Assembly (NCBI RefSeq): GCF_013167455.1
Contig: NZ_CP038328.1
Strand: one strand, 5' to 3'
DNA length: 64,000 nt
Source: Escherichia coli O157:H7
GTDB taxonomy: Bacteria > Pseudomonadota > Gammaproteobacteria > Enterobacterales > Enterobacteriaceae
Part shown: piece by piece, positions 51,789-64,000 of the stretch
Position numbering within the stretch: the stretch's first letter is position 1
How the letters are laid out: the number at the start of each line of letters is the position of its first letter
Program-made: the position numbers and the translations under genes
Notes under the pieces: model-generated
What the model was told of the DNA's origin: nothing
Database searches by the model: none
What the model saw: the letters and a program-made list of their open reading frames with translations, nothing else

Positions 51789-52718
51789 TCACCTCTGCCT
51801 GTCTAAAAATGCGTCGATCTCTTCACGCCACGGTACGGAAGGTTGTGCGCCTTTACGTGTTACGGCAATCGCAGCGGCAGCATGGGCAAACCGAATCGCC
51901 TCTGGCAATGGTTTTTCTTCCAGCAACGCCGTGATTAACGCGCCGTTAAAGGTATCTCCGGCAGCAATGGTATCGACAGCCTGCACCCGGAATCCAGGAA
52001 CGCGCTGACCTTCACCATTCACGCTAGCCCATACACCACGACTTCCTAAAGTAATCAGTACAGTACGGATACCTTTTTCATGCAGTACCTGCGCCGCCTT
52101 CGCTGCATCTTCATCATTTTCAACACGAATACCGGTGAGCTTTTCTGCTTCCGTTTCGTTTGGCGTAATAATGTCCACCAGCGCCAGCAGTTCGTCAGGA
52201 AGTTCGCGAGCCGGAGCCGGGTTAAGCGCAACGATAGTCTTATTTTGATGGGCGATTTTCGCCGCTGCCATCACACTTTCGAGTGGTGATTCCAGCTGCA
52301 TTAATAATGCTGACGCGTTGGCAATACGCTCACGTTGCGCTTCCACCAGCGCCGGGGAAAGGGCAGCATTAGCGCCGGCATGAATACCGATGACATTCTC
52401 ACCTTCGCCATTAACAAAAATCAGCGCCACACCTGTTGATTCGCCTTTGATCACGCTGACCGGAGTAATATCGATGTTATCAGTGGCGAGCTGCTGGCGA
52501 ACGCTCTCGCCAATGCTGTCATCGCCAGTACAGGCAATAAACGCGATATTCGCACCGCTACGCCCAGCAGCCACAGCCTGATTCGCGCCTTTGCCGCCAA
52601 ATGCAACCTGATAGTGGTTACCGGTTACGGTTTCGCCTGGAGTAGGAAAAGATTGAAGATTAAGAATGTGGTCAGCATTAATGCTGCCAAGAACAACGAG
52701 GCTGCCTGCGTTTTGCAT
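51789..52718 (-). CDS. rbsK: ribokinase
   Basis: ORF to 52745; recognised start MQNAGSLVVLGSINADHIL gives 309 aa; PfkB carbohydrate kinase signatures. Confidence 0.95.
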   Translation of the reverse strand: MQNAGSLVVLGSINADHILNLQSFPTPGETVTGNHYQVAFGGKGANQAVAAGRSGANIAFIACTGDDSIGESVRQQLATDNIDITPVSVIKGESTGVALIFVNGEGENVIGIHAGANAALSPALVEAQRERIANASALLMQLESPLESVMAAAKIAHQNKTIVALNPAPARELPDELLALVDIITPNETEAEKLTGIRVENDEDAAKAAQVLHEKGIRTVLITLGSRGVWASVNGEGQRVPGFRVQAVDTIAAGDTFNGALITALLEEKPLPEAIRFAHAAAAIAVTRKGAQPSVPWREEIDAFLDRQR

Positions 52719-52843
52719 ATTCGGGATGTCCATAAAATGCGCCACCGTGTTAGGGTGGCGCGTGCCCTGCTTTTCTTTATATTACACGTTCATCTGTCGA
52801 TGACGTATTTATGTCACCATCAGGTCATACAACCTGATTAAAA

Positions 52844-53734
52844 CTACTGCTTAACAACCAGTTTCAGATCAACCGGATACTTAGCCTGAACTTTCTCGCC
52901 TTTCAGCACTTTATCTGCGGTTTCAACGCCTTTCGCGCCAATCTGATCGGGTAGCTGAGCGATAGTCGCTGCTAGTTTGCCATCATTCACCGCTTTTTCG
53001 CCATCCGGTGTACCGTCAAATCCGACGACCATCACATCCGATTTACCGGCAGTTTGCAGTGCGCGCAGCGCGCCCAGCGCCATTTCATCATTCTGCGCGA
53101 ATACAGCCTGAACATCCGGATGAGCGGTCAACAGGTTCTGCATTACGTTCAAACCTTTGGTGCGATCAAAATCTGCTGGCTGGCTGGCAAGAACATTAAA
53201 CTTGTGAGCAGCAACGGCCTGCTGGAAGCCTTCGCCACGTTCACGGGCTGCGGATGTACCAGCAATGCCTTGCAGCTCGATAACTTTGGCACCTTCACCC
53301 GCTTTCTTCGCGATGTAATCACCGGCGATTTTGCCACCCAGTACGTTATCAGAAGCAATGTGGCTCACCACTTCACCTTTCGTTGCCTGGCGGTCAAGAG
53401 TGATAACCGGGATGTTCGCCTGGTTAGCCATCTTCACAGCATTACCTACTGCGTCGGAGTCGGTCGGGTTAATCAGCAGAATTTTGGTGCCGCGAACGGT
53501 TAAGTCCTGCACGTTCGCCAGCTCTTTCGCCGGGTTGTTCTGGGAGTCCAGCACCACCAGGTTATAGCCAAGTTTATCCGCCTCTTTCTGCGCGCCATCT
53601 TTCAGCGATACAAAGAACGGGTTGTTAAGCGTGGAGACCACCAGCGCGATGGTGTCTTTTGCCATCGCATTCGCACTGACGGTGGCGCTTAGCGCAACAG
53701 CGGAAACCAGGGTAGCCAGTTTTTTCATGTTCAT
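52844..53734 (-). CDS. rbsB: ribose ABC transporter periplasmic binding protein
   Basis: ORF to 53740; start [34 protein letters not shown] (signal peptide) gives 296 aa. Confidence 0.95.
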   Translation of the reverse strand: MNMKKLATLVSAVALSATVSANAMAKDTIALVVSTLNNPFFVSLKDGAQKEADKLGYNLVVLDSQNNPAKELANVQDLTVRGTKILLINPTDSDAVGNAVKMANQANIPVITLDRQATKGEVVSHIASDNVLGGKIAGDYIAKKAGEGAKVIELQGIAGTSAARERGEGFQQAVAAHKFNVLASQPADFDRTKGLNVMQNLLTAHPDVQAVFAQNDEMALGALRALQTAGKSDVMVVGFDGTPDGEKAVNDGKLAATIAQLPDQIGAKGVETADKVLKGEKVQAKYPVDLKLVVKQ

Positions 53735-53758
53735 ATTCAAGATGTCCTGTAGTCGTTA

Positions 53759-54724
53759 TTACTGCTTTTTGTTGTCTACCAGCACCGCCAGCAAAATCAC
53801 CACCGCTTTGACGATCATCTGGTAATAGGAGGAAACACCTAACAAATTCAATCCATTATTAAGGAAGCCAAGAATTAATGCGCCGATCAACGTCCCAACA
53901 ATGCGACCTTTTCCGCCCGCCAGACTCGTACCGCCCAGAACCACCGCAGCAATAGCATCCAGCTCATAGCCAGTCCCCGCCGTGGGTTGTGCGGAGGAGA
54001 GACGCGCCACTTCAATGATCCCGGCCAGTGATGCCAGCAGACCACAAAGAGAATAGACGATGATTTTGATTTTATTGACGTTGATACCAGAAAGACGCGT
54101 TGCCGCTTCGTTGCCGCCCAGCGCGTAGATGTAACGCCCCAGACGCGTGTGATGCAGCATGTACCAGGCCGCGAGGAAGACAATCCCCATGATCCAGACT
54201 GGCGTCGGTACGCCCAGCGGACGACCAATACCAAACCAGCCAAACAGATCGGCGTTCTCAGTAAAGCCGGTATTCACTGGGCTACCGTTGGTATAAACCA
54301 TGGTCACGCCGCGCAGTAAAAGCATCATAACCAGCGTAGCGATAAACGCCTGGACGCGACCTTTCGCTACAATCACTCCGGTTACCGCACCAATTGCGGC
54401 ACCTAACGCGAGAGCGGCAGCGACAGCCACCAGCGCATTGACTTCAATGCCGACGATAGATGCAGCAACTGCGCCGGTTAGCGCCAACAGAGAACCTACC
54501 GACAAGTCGATGCCCGACGTCAGGATCACCAGCGTCATCCCGACCGCCATAATGGCGTTCACTGAGGTTTGCTGGAGAATATTGAATAAGTTATTGATGG
54601 TGAAAAAGTTCGGGCTTAACGTCGAGACAATCGCGATCAGCACCAGCAGAGCGATAAGCGATTTCTGCTCCATCAGCCACGCTTTCGTGAAATAACGGCG
54701 ACCAGAGACAGTCTGGGTTGTCAT
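53759..54724 (-). CDS. rbsC: ribose ABC transporter permease
   Basis: 321 aa polytopic membrane protein between rbsA and rbsB. Confidence 0.95.
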   Translation of the reverse strand: MTTQTVSGRRYFTKAWLMEQKSLIALLVLIAIVSTLSPNFFTINNLFNILQQTSVNAIMAVGMTLVILTSGIDLSVGSLLALTGAVAASIVGIEVNALVAVAAALALGAAIGAVTGVIVAKGRVQAFIATLVMMLLLRGVTMVYTNGSPVNTGFTENADLFGWFGIGRPLGVPTPVWIMGIVFLAAWYMLHHTRLGRYIYALGGNEAATRLSGINVNKIKIIVYSLCGLLASLAGIIEVARLSSAQPTAGTGYELDAIAAVVLGGTSLAGGKGRIVGTLIGALILGFLNNGLNLLGVSSYYQMIVKAVVILLAVLVDNKKQ

Positions 54725-54728
54725 TTTT

Positions 54729-56234
54729 TTACTCCTGATTCACGCGATTAAGCTTGCCCACAGCGGCAGCCATTAACACTTCCTGGGTGGCCTGCTCACG
54801 AGTAAATTCCCCGCTGAGATGCCCTTCATGCATGACGATGATGCGATCGCTCATGCCTAATACTTCTGGCATCTCCGATGACACCAGAATGATGCTCAAG
54901 CCATCGGCTTTGAACTGGTTAATCAGTTGATAGATCTCTTTTTTCGCGCCGACATCTACGCCACGGGTAGGTTCATCAAGGATCAACACTTTGGGGCGTG
55001 TCATCAGACCGCGGGCAATCGCCACTTTTTGCTGATTGCCACCGGAAAGCAGACCAATTGCCTGCTCCATCGACGGCGTTTTCACATTGAACAGGCGAAT
55101 AAAATCACTCACAGCCTGCTGTTCATCGGCATGCTTCAAACTGCCGCCAGCGCGGCTGAAGTAGCGCAGCGCTGTCAGCGACATGTTCTCTTTTACTGAC
55201 ATGCCCAACACTAAACCGTCACGTTTACGGTCTTCGGAGATATACACAATGCCGTTTGCCAGGCCATCCTGCGGTGAACGGGTAACGACTTCATGCCCAT
55301 CCAGGGTGACGTAACCGCTGGTGCGCGGTAGTGCGCCGTAGAGCACTTTCATCAGTTCGGTACGACCTGCGCCCATCAAACCAGAGACGCCAAGAATTTC
55401 GCCTTTGCGTAAAGTAAAAGAGACATCGTTAACGCCAGGTCCGCAGAGATTATCGACTTTCAGGCGGATATCTCCCGGCGCTTTGTCCAGGTGCGGATAT
55501 TGATCTTCCAGCTTGCGACCCACCATCATCTCAATCAGCGAATCTTCGGTCAGTGATGCCACTTCGCGCTCAGCAATAAATTGTCCGTCACGAAAAACGG
55601 TAACGTCATCGCAACTCTCGAAGATTTCTTTCATGCGGTGGGAGATATAGACAATACCGCGGCCTTGCGATTTCAGCTCGCGGATGACGCGGAACAGGGA
55701 TTCGGTTTCGGTATCGGTCAGCGCATCGGTCGGTTCATCCATAATGATGACTTTCGACTCAAAGCTCAGCACTTTGGCTATTTCAACCATTTGCTGGTCA
55801 CCGATGGAAAGATCGCCCACCAGCTTGTCGCTTTTAAAGCGCAGGTTAAGTTTAGCCAGCAATTTATCCGCTTCGGCATACATGGTTTTCCAGTCAATTT
55901 TGCCAAAGCGATTAACAAACTCACGACCGAGGAAAATGTTTTCGGCAATGGTTAACTGCGGGATCAGGTTCAGTTCCTGATGGATAATCCCAATCCCGGC
56001 TTCCTGGGAAGATTTCGGCCCGGTAAATGTCGTTTCTTTCCCCAGCCATAAAAGCGTACCGGCATCGCGAGTATAGATGCCAGTAAGCACTTTCATCATG
56101 GTGGATTTACCCGCGCCGTTTTCGCCCACCAGCGCCATCACGCGGCCCGGATAGACATTTAACGCTGCGCCCGAGAGGGCTTTTACGCCCGGGAAGGCTT
56201 TATCGATGCCTTTAAGCTGAAGTAATGCTTCCAT
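54729..56234 (-). CDS. rbsA: ribose ABC transporter ATP-binding protein (tandem ABC domains)
   Basis: 501 aa; Walker [10 protein letters not shown] in first domain; second ABC domain present. Confidence 0.95.
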   Translation of the reverse strand: MEALLQLKGIDKAFPGVKALSGAALNVYPGRVMALVGENGAGKSTMMKVLTGIYTRDAGTLLWLGKETTFTGPKSSQEAGIGIIHQELNLIPQLTIAENIFLGREFVNRFGKIDWKTMYAEADKLLAKLNLRFKSDKLVGDLSIGDQQMVEIAKVLSFESKVIIMDEPTDALTDTETESLFRVIRELKSQGRGIVYISHRMKEIFESCDDVTVFRDGQFIAEREVASLTEDSLIEMMVGRKLEDQYPHLDKAPGDIRLKVDNLCGPGVNDVSFTLRKGEILGVSGLMGAGRTELMKVLYGALPRTSGYVTLDGHEVVTRSPQDGLANGIVYISEDRKRDGLVLGMSVKENMSLTALRYFSRAGGSLKHADEQQAVSDFIRLFNVKTPSMEQAIGLLSGGNQQKVAIARGLMTRPKVLILDEPTRGVDVGAKKEIYQLINQFKADGLSIILVSSEMPEVLGMSDRIIVMHEGHLSGEFTREQATQEVLMAAAVGKLNRVNQE

Positions 56235-56241
56235 GACGGCC

Positions 56242-56661
56242 TCAGAACGTCACGCCAGCACAGAGAATGATATTCGCATACGGAGAACATTCTCCGCTGC
56301 GAATTACCGCCTGACTTTCTGCGGTTTGTTGTTTGAATTGTTCATGCGTGGTGTAACGAATTTCAATGGTATTTCCCTGGTGTTTTTGCAGCTGCTCAAG
56401 GTGAGTGAGCAACGTTTCGTGGAGTTGCGGATTATGGTGTTTGATCTCTTCCGCGATAATGGCAGCCTCGACCTGCATTTCATTTGTGACGACGCCCAGC
56501 ACCTGCATAAAAGAAGGTACACCCTGGGTTAATGCCATATCGATACGCGTTGTACTTTTGGGGATGGGTAAACCAGCATCACACACCACCAGCGTATCGG
56601 TATGTCCCAGACGGGAGATCACCGATGAAATATCAGAATTAAGAACGGTGCCTTTTTTCAT
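56242..56661 (-). CDS. rbsD: D-ribose pyranase
   Basis: ORF to 56673; recognised start [34 protein letters not shown] gives 139 aa. Confidence 0.9.
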   Translation of the reverse strand: MKKGTVLNSDISSVISRLGHTDTLVVCDAGLPIPKSTTRIDMALTQGVPSFMQVLGVVTNEMQVEAAIIAEEIKHHNPQLHETLLTHLEQLQKHQGNTIEIRYTTHEQFKQQTAESQAVIRSGECSPYANIILCAGVTF

Positions 56662-56827
56662 TTTTTTCTCCATCAGCGAAACGTTTCGCTGACCCGCAGT
56701 TTAATCCTGACTGAGTTGGGAAAACCATCGTGACGTTACGGAAATGTGATCAACCTCGAAACGTTTTACATGGTGATTAACCATGAAAACAAAAACGCCC
56801 CCTTATGAAGAAAGGAGGCGTCTGGCG

Positions 56828-58696
56828 TTAGATTTCGACCTGAGTACCCAGTTCGATAACCCTGTTTGGCGGGATTTCAAATTGATCTGGTGCACGCAGC
56901 GCATTACGTTGCAGCAGCAAGTACAGCTTGCCGCGCAGACGCAAATACCACGGGCGTTTGCCGAGGATCAACGACTCATGCGACATAAAGAAGGAGGTTT
57001 CCATCATCCGGCAACTTAATCCTTCCAGACCGCAGCGGTGGAAAACTTCTTCCACGTTTGGCGTTTCTCGCCAACCATAACTTGCCACCACGCGCCAGAA
57101 AGTGGGCGACAGTTGTTCAATCTGTACCCGACGGACGTTATGGACATATGGAGCGTCTTCGGTGCGCAGAGTTAACAGAATCACCCGCTCATGCAATACC
57201 TTGTTATGTTTAAGGTTATGCATCAGCGCAAAGGGAATGACGTTGATTGCACGCGACATATATACCGCGGTCCCGGGCACGCGAACAGGCGGTGATTTCT
57301 CCAGCGAAGCAATCATCGCTTCCAGAGAGTTACCATGTTCATGCATCCGCCGCAGCAAGCGGAAACGCTCACTCTTCCAGGTGGTCATCACGATAAACAT
57401 CACCGTACCGAGGCTCAATGGCAACCAGCCGCCGGAGAGCAGTTTATCGAGGTTAGCGGTGAACAATGGAATATCGACACAAAGGAAAGCAATCAAGATC
57501 AGCGCAACAAAATACTTATTCCAGTGCCAGTTCTGACGTGCCACGGTAGTCGAGAGAATAGACGTCAGCACCATGGTTCCGGTCACCGCAATCCCGTACG
57601 CCGCCGCCAGGTTGCTGGAGTGCTCAAAGCTGACAATCACAATCACGACCGCGACATAGAGCATCCAGTTCACAAACGGAATATAGATTTGCCCTGACTC
57701 CATTTCGGAGGTGTGAATAATGCGCATCGGCGACAAATATCCCAGACGTACCGCCTGACGCGTCAATGAAAAGACGCCAGAGATAACCGCCTGCGAGGCG
57801 ATTACCGTCGCCAGTGCGGCGATGATCAGCAGCGGGATCAGCGCCCAGTCCGGTGCCAAAAGGAAGAACGGGTTCTTAATCGCTTCCGGATTCTTTAACA
57901 ACAGCGCTCCCTGACCGAAGTAATTAAGGGTCAAGGAAGGTAATACGACGGTGAACCACGCCAGGCGAATAGGGAACTTACCAAAGTGCCCCATATCAGC
58001 ATACAGCGCCTCGACCCCCGTAATCGACAGCACCACTGCCCCTAATGCAATAAAAGAAACCGTTTTGTATTCAAGGAAGAAATGCACCGCCCACATCGGA
58101 TTCAGCGCATACAGCACTTCCTGGTTAGCAATAATGCTACGTAACCCCAGTCCTGCCAGAATCAAAAACCAGGTCAGCATGATCGGCGCAAACAGCTTAC
58201 CGACCATAGCCGTGCCATGCTTTTGAATCATAAATAATAAAGTGAGAACGATAATTGAGAGGGGAACTATCCAGGTATCCAGCTGCGGGGCGACGATTTC
58301 CAGACCTTCAATGGCTGACATCACCGAAATAGCGGGTGTTATGACGACTTCACCATAGAAAAAGCTGCCGCCGATTAGCCCCATAATCACCAGCATTGAT
58401 GTGGTTCGCGCCGACGTATTACGCCCGGCAAGCGACATCAACGTCAGGATCCCCCCTTCACCGGCGTTATCTGCCCGCATCACGAAGGTGAGATATTTAA
58501 TGGAAACCACAAAGATTAGCAGCCAGAAGATCAGCGATAAAAAGCCAAACACGGCATCGCGTTCAACGCCAAAACCAAACTGGCCGGACAAACATTCACG
58601 AAGTGTATATAACGGGCTGGTACCAATATCGCCGTAGACAACTCCAATCGCCGCGAGGGTAATCGCGGGCAATGATTGCTTATTATCAGTGCTCAT
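56828..58696 (-). CDS. kup: low-affinity K+ uptake transporter (KUP family)
   Basis: 622 aa; N-terminus [32 protein letters not shown] characteristic of Kup/TrkD. Confidence 0.95.
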   Translation of the reverse strand: MSTDNKQSLPAITLAAIGVVYGDIGTSPLYTLRECLSGQFGFGVERDAVFGFLSLIFWLLIFVVSIKYLTFVMRADNAGEGGILTLMSLAGRNTSARTTSMLVIMGLIGGSFFYGEVVITPAISVMSAIEGLEIVAPQLDTWIVPLSIIVLTLLFMIQKHGTAMVGKLFAPIMLTWFLILAGLGLRSIIANQEVLYALNPMWAVHFFLEYKTVSFIALGAVVLSITGVEALYADMGHFGKFPIRLAWFTVVLPSLTLNYFGQGALLLKNPEAIKNPFFLLAPDWALIPLLIIAALATVIASQAVISGVFSLTRQAVRLGYLSPMRIIHTSEMESGQIYIPFVNWMLYVAVVIVIVSFEHSSNLAAAYGIAVTGTMVLTSILSTTVARQNWHWNKYFVALILIAFLCVDIPLFTANLDKLLSGGWLPLSLGTVMFIVMTTWKSERFRLLRRMHEHGNSLEAMIASLEKSPPVRVPGTAVYMSRAINVIPFALMHNLKHNKVLHERVILLTLRTEDAPYVHNVRRVQIEQLSPTFWRVVASYGWRETPNVEEVFHRCGLEGLSCRMMETSFFMSHESLILGKRPWYLRLRGKLYLLLQRNALRAPDQFEIPPNRVIELGTQVEI

Positions 58697-58918
58697 AGAC
58701 TAGTCTTTCGTTGAAATATGAAATGTGTGCTTAGTCCCTTGGCCCACAAAAAAGCGCACAGTATGCACGATTAACGGCAAAATCGTACTCCTAAATGCGG
58801 CCACATTAACCTGGCTCAAAGAAAAATACCCCCCCTTTGAGACTATTTTAGCCACCAGCAAGAAACGTCTATACTCGCAATTTACGCAGAACTTTTGACG
58901 AAAGGACGCCACTTCATT

Positions 58919-60415
58919 ATGGCTCACCCTCATTTATTAGCGGAAAGAATTTCCCGCCTGAGCAGTTCGTTGGAAAAGGGGCTTTATGAACGTAGCCACG
59001 CCATCCGCTTGTGTTTATTAGCGGCATTAAGTGGTGAAAGTGTGTTCCTCCTTGGCCCGCCAGGTATTGCCAAAAGTTTGATCGCCCGGCGCTTAAAATT
59101 CGCCTTTCAGAATGCCCGCGCGTTTGAATATCTGATGACCCGCTTCTCCACGCCGGAAGAAGTTTTTGGTCCCCTTTCTATTCAGGCGCTAAAAGATGAA
59201 GGGCGCTATGAACGTTTAACCAGCGGTTACCTGCCGGAAGCAGAAATCGTCTTTCTGGATGAGATCTGGAAAGCGGGTCCGGCAATTCTTAATACCCTGC
59301 TCACCGCCATTAACGAGCGCCAGTTCCGCAACGGTGCACACGTAGAAAAAATCCCGATGCGCCTGCTGGTGGCGGCCTCCAACGAGCTGCCGGAAGCAGA
59401 CAGCAGTCTGGAAGCGTTATATGACCGCATGCTGATTCGTCTGTGGTTAGATAAAGTGCAGGATAAAGCGAATTTCCGCTCCATGCTGACCAGTCAACAG
59501 GATGAAAATGACAATCCGGTTCCAGCCTCCTTGCAGGTCACAGATGAAGAATATGAACGCTGGCAAAAAGAGATTGGTGAAATTACGCTGCCCGATCATG
59601 TATTTGAGCTGATTTTTATGCTGCGCCAGCAACTGGATAAATTACCGGATGCGCCTTATGTCTCGGATCGTCGCTGGAAAAAAGCGATTCGATTATTGCA
59701 GGCCAGCGCCTTTTTTAGCGGTCGCAGTGCTGTTGCCCCGGTAGATCTCATTTTGCTGAAAGATTGCCTGTGGTATGACGCGCAAAGCCTGAATTTGATA
59801 CAACAACAAATTGATGTATTGATGACCGGTCATGCCTGGCAACAGCAAGGGATGTTGACCCGCCTGGGCGCGATTGTGCAACGTCACCTGCAACTCCAGC
59901 AGCAACAAAGCGATAAAACAGCCTTAACGGTAATTCGTCTGGGCGGCATTTTCAGCCGTCGTCAGCAGTATCAACTTCCTGTTAACGTTACTGCTTCCAC
60001 TCTGACTCTGCTGCTGCAAAAACCGTTAAAATTGCATAATATGGAAGTGGTTCATATCTCCTTTGAGCGTAGCGCGCTGGAACAGTGGCTGAGCAAAGGT
60101 GGTGAAATTCGCGGCAAACTGAACGGTATCGGCTTTGCCCAGAAACTGAATCTGGAAGTTGATAGCGCCCAACATCTTGTTGTACGCGATGTAAGTTTAC
60201 AAGGCAGTACGCTGGCACTTCCCGGTTCATCGGCTGAAGGTCTGCCAGGTGAAATAAAACAACAATTGGAAGAGCTTGAAAGCGACTGGCGCAAGCAACA
60301 CGCTTTATTCAGCGAACAGCAAAGATGTCTGTTTATCCCTGGCGACTGGTTAGGTCGCATTGAAGCCAGCCTACAGGATGTCGGCGCACAGATTCGCCAG
60401 GCACAACAATGCTAA
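58919..60415 (+). CDS. ravA: MoxR-type AAA+ ATPase RavA
   Basis: ORF from 58895; start [53 protein letters not shown] (Walker A) gives 498 aa. Confidence 0.9.
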
Positions 60416-61860
60416 CGCTGGATACGCTTAATGTGATGCTGGCCGTCAGCGAAGAGGGATTGATCGAAGAGATGATCATCGCGCTGCTGGCCTCACCGCA
60501 GCTGGCAGTCTTCTTTGAAAAATTCCCACGACTGAAGGCGGCAATCACTGATGATGTTCCCCGCTGGCGTGAGGCGCTGCGCAGTCGGCTGAAAGATGCC
60601 CGAGTCCCGCCGGAACTCACCGAAGAGGTGATGTGCTATCAGCAAAGCCAGCTCCTCTCCACGCCGCAGTTTATTGTGCAGCTACCACAGATCCTGGACT
60701 TACTGCATCGTCTGAATTCCCCATGGGCAGAACAAGCCCGACAGTTGGTCGATGCTAACAGCACGATCACTTCAGCGTTACACACGCTTTTTCTCCAGCG
60801 CTGGCGTTTAAGTCTGATCGTGCAAGCAACAACGTTAAATCAACAGCTATTAGAAGAAGAACGCGAACAACTGTTGAGTGAAGTTCAGGAACGCATGACG
60901 CTGAGCGGACAACTTGAACCGATTCTCGCAGATAACAATACCGCAGCTGGTCGTCTGTGGGATATGAGCGCCGGTCAGCTTAAACGTGGCGACTATCAGT
61001 TGATTGTGAAATACGGTGAATTTCTTAACGAACAGCCGGAACTGAAACGCCTGGCAGAACAACTGGGGCGTTCCCGGGAAGCCAAATCAATACCGCGCAA
61101 CGATGCGCAGATGGAAACCTTCCGCACCATGGTGCGCGAACCGGCGACGGTTCCTGAGCAGGTTGATGGTCTGCAACAAAGCGATGATATTTTACGTCTT
61201 CTGCCGCCAGAACTGGCGACACTAGGGATAACGGAACTGGAGTATGAGTTTTACCGTCGGCTGGTGGAAAAACAGTTGCTCACCTATCGCCTGCACGGTG
61301 AGTCGTGGCGTGAAAAAGTGATCGAACGCCCGGTGGTGCATAAAGATTACGACGAACAGCCGCGCGGACCGTTTATTGTCTGCGTGGATACTTCCGGCTC
61401 AATGGGCGGCTTTAATGAACAGTGTGCGAAAGCGTTCTGCCTGGCTTTGATGCGCATTGCTCTCGCTGAAAACCGGCGCTGTTATATTATGCTATTTTCC
61501 ACCGAGATCGTCCGTTATGAGCTTTCAGGCCCACAAGGCATCGAACAAGCAATCCGTTTTTTAAGCCAGCAGTTTCGTGGCGGCACCGATCTTGCCAGTT
61601 GTTTTCGCGCCATTATGGAACGCTTGCAAAGCAGGGAATGGTTTGATGCCGATGCGGTGGTGATTTCTGATTTTATCGCCCAGCGGTTGCCTGACGACGT
61701 GACGAGTAAAGTGAAAGAGCTGCAGCGGGTACATCAGCATCGCTTTCATGCCGTGGCGATGTCGGCACACGGCAAACCCGGCATCATGCGCATTTTCGAT
61801 CATATCTGGCGCTTTGATACCGGGATGCGAAGCCGCCTGCTCAGACGCTGGCGGCGATAA
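60409..61860 (+). CDS. viaA: von Willebrand factor A-domain protein ViaA
   Basis: 483 aa; C-terminal VWA domain ([13 protein letters not shown]-like motif); start overlaps ravA stop by 7 bp. Confidence 0.9.
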
Positions 61861-61864
61861 ATTA

Positions 61865-62857
61865 TTACAGCAGAGAAGGGACGCTCTCGCGAACAGCAGC
61901 TGGCCATACTCCACACTGGACCTGGCCGATATGCGGCAGTTGCAGCAGCAGCATGGTCAAACGAGACTGGCCGATACCGCCGCCGATGGTCTGCGGCATT
62001 TCACCGCGCAGCAACGCCTGATGCCATTCCAGCTGCAGACGATCTTCATCACCGGTCAGCGCCAACTGATGCTTCAACGTGTCGGCATCCACGCGGATCC
62101 CCATGGAAGAAAGCTCAAACGCATCTTCCAGTACAGGGTTCCACACCAGAATATCGCCGTTCAGACCCGCATGGCCCAGCTCTGACGGGGTGCTCCAGTC
62201 ATCATAATCCGGTGCGCGCACGTCGTGGCGATGACCATCGCTCAGCTTGCCGCCAATCCCGACAAGGAATACCGCACCAAGATCTTTCGCTATCGCCCGC
62301 TCACGCCCTTTGGCATCAAGATCCGGATAACGAGACAGTAACTCCTGGCTGTGTACGAAGTGGATCTGATCCGGCAGGAACGGTGCCAGGCCAAACTCTT
62401 CGCTAACCGCAGCTTCGGTTGCTTTAATTCCCGCCCAAATCGCCTCTACCGTGCTTTTCAGAGTCGAGAATTGACGCTCACCGTCGCCCATTACGCGTTC
62501 CCAGTCCCACTGGTCAACATAGACCGAGTGCAACGGAGAAAGACGGTCTTCATCGGGGCGAAGGGCTTTCATGTGCGTGTACAGCCCTTCGCCCGCGCTG
62601 AAGTCGTGTTGCCCTAAGGTCTGACGTTTCCACTTCGCCAGTGAATGAACCACTTCGAACTGGGCATCAGGCAGAGCTTTCACTTTTACCTGTACCGCTT
62701 TTTCACAGCCCGACAAGTTATCCTGCGTGCCATCCCCCACACGGCTAAGAATCGGCGCCTGGACTTCGATCAGCCCCAGACGTTCTTCCAGTTGACGAGA
62801 AAAGTGAGATTTCACGAAGCTAATTTGGCGTTGTTTGGCAATGTAAGCGGTTTTCAT
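61865..62857 (-). CDS. asnA: aspartate--ammonia ligase (asparagine synthetase A)
   Basis: 330 aa; [39 protein letters not shown]-terminus. Confidence 0.95.
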
Positions 62858-63008
62858 TTTTTATACTCCTGCGTCCTGTTGCTTATGATTAAGCAACAAA
62901 AACCGACACACATGCAATAATCATTCAATAAAAAGCCTAACTCACTTTTGATTCATTAAAAAAGAAGGCTAAAATAGAATGAATCATCAATCCGCATAAG
63001 AAAATCCT
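62858..63008. promoter_or_regulatory. asnA-asnC divergent promoter region
   Basis: 151 bp AT-rich region between divergent asnA and asnC starts; AsnC is known to regulate both. Individual sites not resolved here. Confidence 0.5.
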
Positions 63009-63467
63009 ATGGAAAATTATCTGATCGACAATCTGGACCGTGGCATCCTGGAAGCATTAATGGGCAATGCGCGCACCGCTTACGCCGAACTGGCGAAACA
63101 ATTTGGCGTCAGTCCGGGGACGATTCACGTTCGAGTAGAGAAAATGAAGCAGGCGGGGATCATTACCGGGGCGCGTATTGATGTCAGCCCGAAGCAGCTC
63201 GGTTATGACGTAGGCTGCTTTATCGGCATTATATTAAAGAGCGCCAAAGACTACCCTTCCGCGCTGGCAAAGCTGGAAAGCCTCGATGAAGTGACCGAGG
63301 CGTACTACACCACCGGCCACTACAGCATCTTTATAAAAGTGATGTGCCGTTCGATCGATGCTCTCCAGCATGTACTTATCAACAAGATCCAAACAATTGA
63401 TGAAATTCAGTCCACCGAGACACTGATCGTCCTGCAGAACCCGATCATGCGTACCATCAAGCCCTGA
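63009..63467 (+). CDS. asnC: Lrp/AsnC-family transcriptional regulator
   Basis: 152 aa; N-terminal HTH (LDRGILEALMGNARTAYAELAKQFGVSPGTIHVRVEKM). Confidence 0.95.
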   Translation: MENYLIDNLDRGILEALMGNARTAYAELAKQFGVSPGTIHVRVEKMKQAGIITGARIDVSPKQLGYDVGCFIGIILKSAKDYPSALAKLESLDEVTEAYYTTGHYSIFIKVMCRSIDALQHVLINKIQTIDEIQSTETLIVLQNPIMRTIKP

Positions 63468-63488
63468 TCGGCTTTTTTAATCCCATAC

Positions 63489-63497
63489 TTTTCCACA
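63489..63497 (+). promoter_or_regulatory. Candidate DnaA box in mioC promoter region
   Basis: TTTTCCACA matches the TT(A/T)TNCACA DnaA-box consensus, about 60 bp upstream of the mioC start. Confidence 0.45.
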
Positions 63498-63556
63498 GGT
63501 AGATCCCAACGCGTTCACAGCGTACAATACGCCACTCTTAATAAAGGTGGCGGTTT

Positions 63557-64000
63557 ATGGCAGATATAACTCTTATCAGCGGCAGCACCCTCGGCGGTGC
63601 CGAATATGTAGCAGAACACCTGGCTGAAAAGCTGGAAGAGGCGGGTTTTACCACCGAAACGCTGCACGGTCCGCTGTTGGAAGATTTATCTGCCTCGGGG
63701 ATCTGGCTGGTTATCAGCTCCACCCACGGTGCCGGAGATATTCCGGACAACCTTTCTCCTTTCTATGAAGCATTGCAGGAACAGAAGCCCGATCTTTCTG
63801 CGGTCCGCTTTGGCGCAATCGGTATTGGTAGTCGTGAATATGACACATTTTGTGGGGCTATCGATAAACTCGAGGCTGAACTCAAAAATTCCGGTGCAAA
63901 ACAGACGGGCGAAACACTGAAGATCAACATTCTTGATCACGACATTCCGGAAGATCCGGCAGAAGAATGGCTGGGATCGTGGATTAATTTACTCAAATAA
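63557..64000 (+). CDS. mioC: flavodoxin-like FMN-binding protein MioC
   Basis: 147 aa; MADITLISGSTLGGAEYVAEHLAEKLEEAG flavodoxin N-terminus; stop at 63998..64000 is the last codon of the window. Confidence 0.9.
   Translation: MADITLISGSTLGGAEYVAEHLAEKLEEAGFTTETLHGPLLEDLSASGIWLVISSTHGAGDIPDNLSPFYEALQEQKPDLSAVRFGAIGIGSREYDTFCGAIDKLEAELKNSGAKQTGETLKINILDHDIPEDPAEEWLGSWINLLK

Overview
This 64 kb window reads as a collinear, well-characterised stretch of Escherichia coli-type core chromosome next to oriC, in reverse orientation to K-12 numbering; I found no inserted island, prophage, IS element, CRISPR array or unexplained gene cluster, so I cannot support an undescribed system here. Gene order is hemD(partial)-hemX-hemY, glmZ sRNA, aslA, aslB, the argX-hisR-leuT-proM tRNA operon, yifK, the twelve-gene enterobacterial common antigen cluster (wecA to wecG), rho-rhoL-trxA, rhlB, gppA, rep, yifN, ppiC, ilvC-ilvY, ilvLGMEDA, yifB, yifE, hdfR, the complete rrnC operon (16S-tRNAGlu-23S-5S-tRNAAsp-tRNATrp), yieP, hsrA, rbsDACBKR, kup, ravA-viaA, asnA, asnC and mioC. 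Gene names are assigned from recognised protein and RNA sequences and gene order, not from a database search. Things worth a second look are local: (1) a perfect 226 bp tandem duplication inside the tRNA operon that adds a second leuT and a chimeric tRNA-Pro/tRNA-His pseudo-tRNA; (2) a 15-unit CCTGCA in-frame repeat at the 3' end of hemX; (3) an intact ilvG, so the strain is not K-12; (4) an orphan PemK/MazF-fold ORF (yifN) with no adjacent antitoxin; (5) a single-base 5S variant. All coordinates come from manual reading and should be confirmed computationally.
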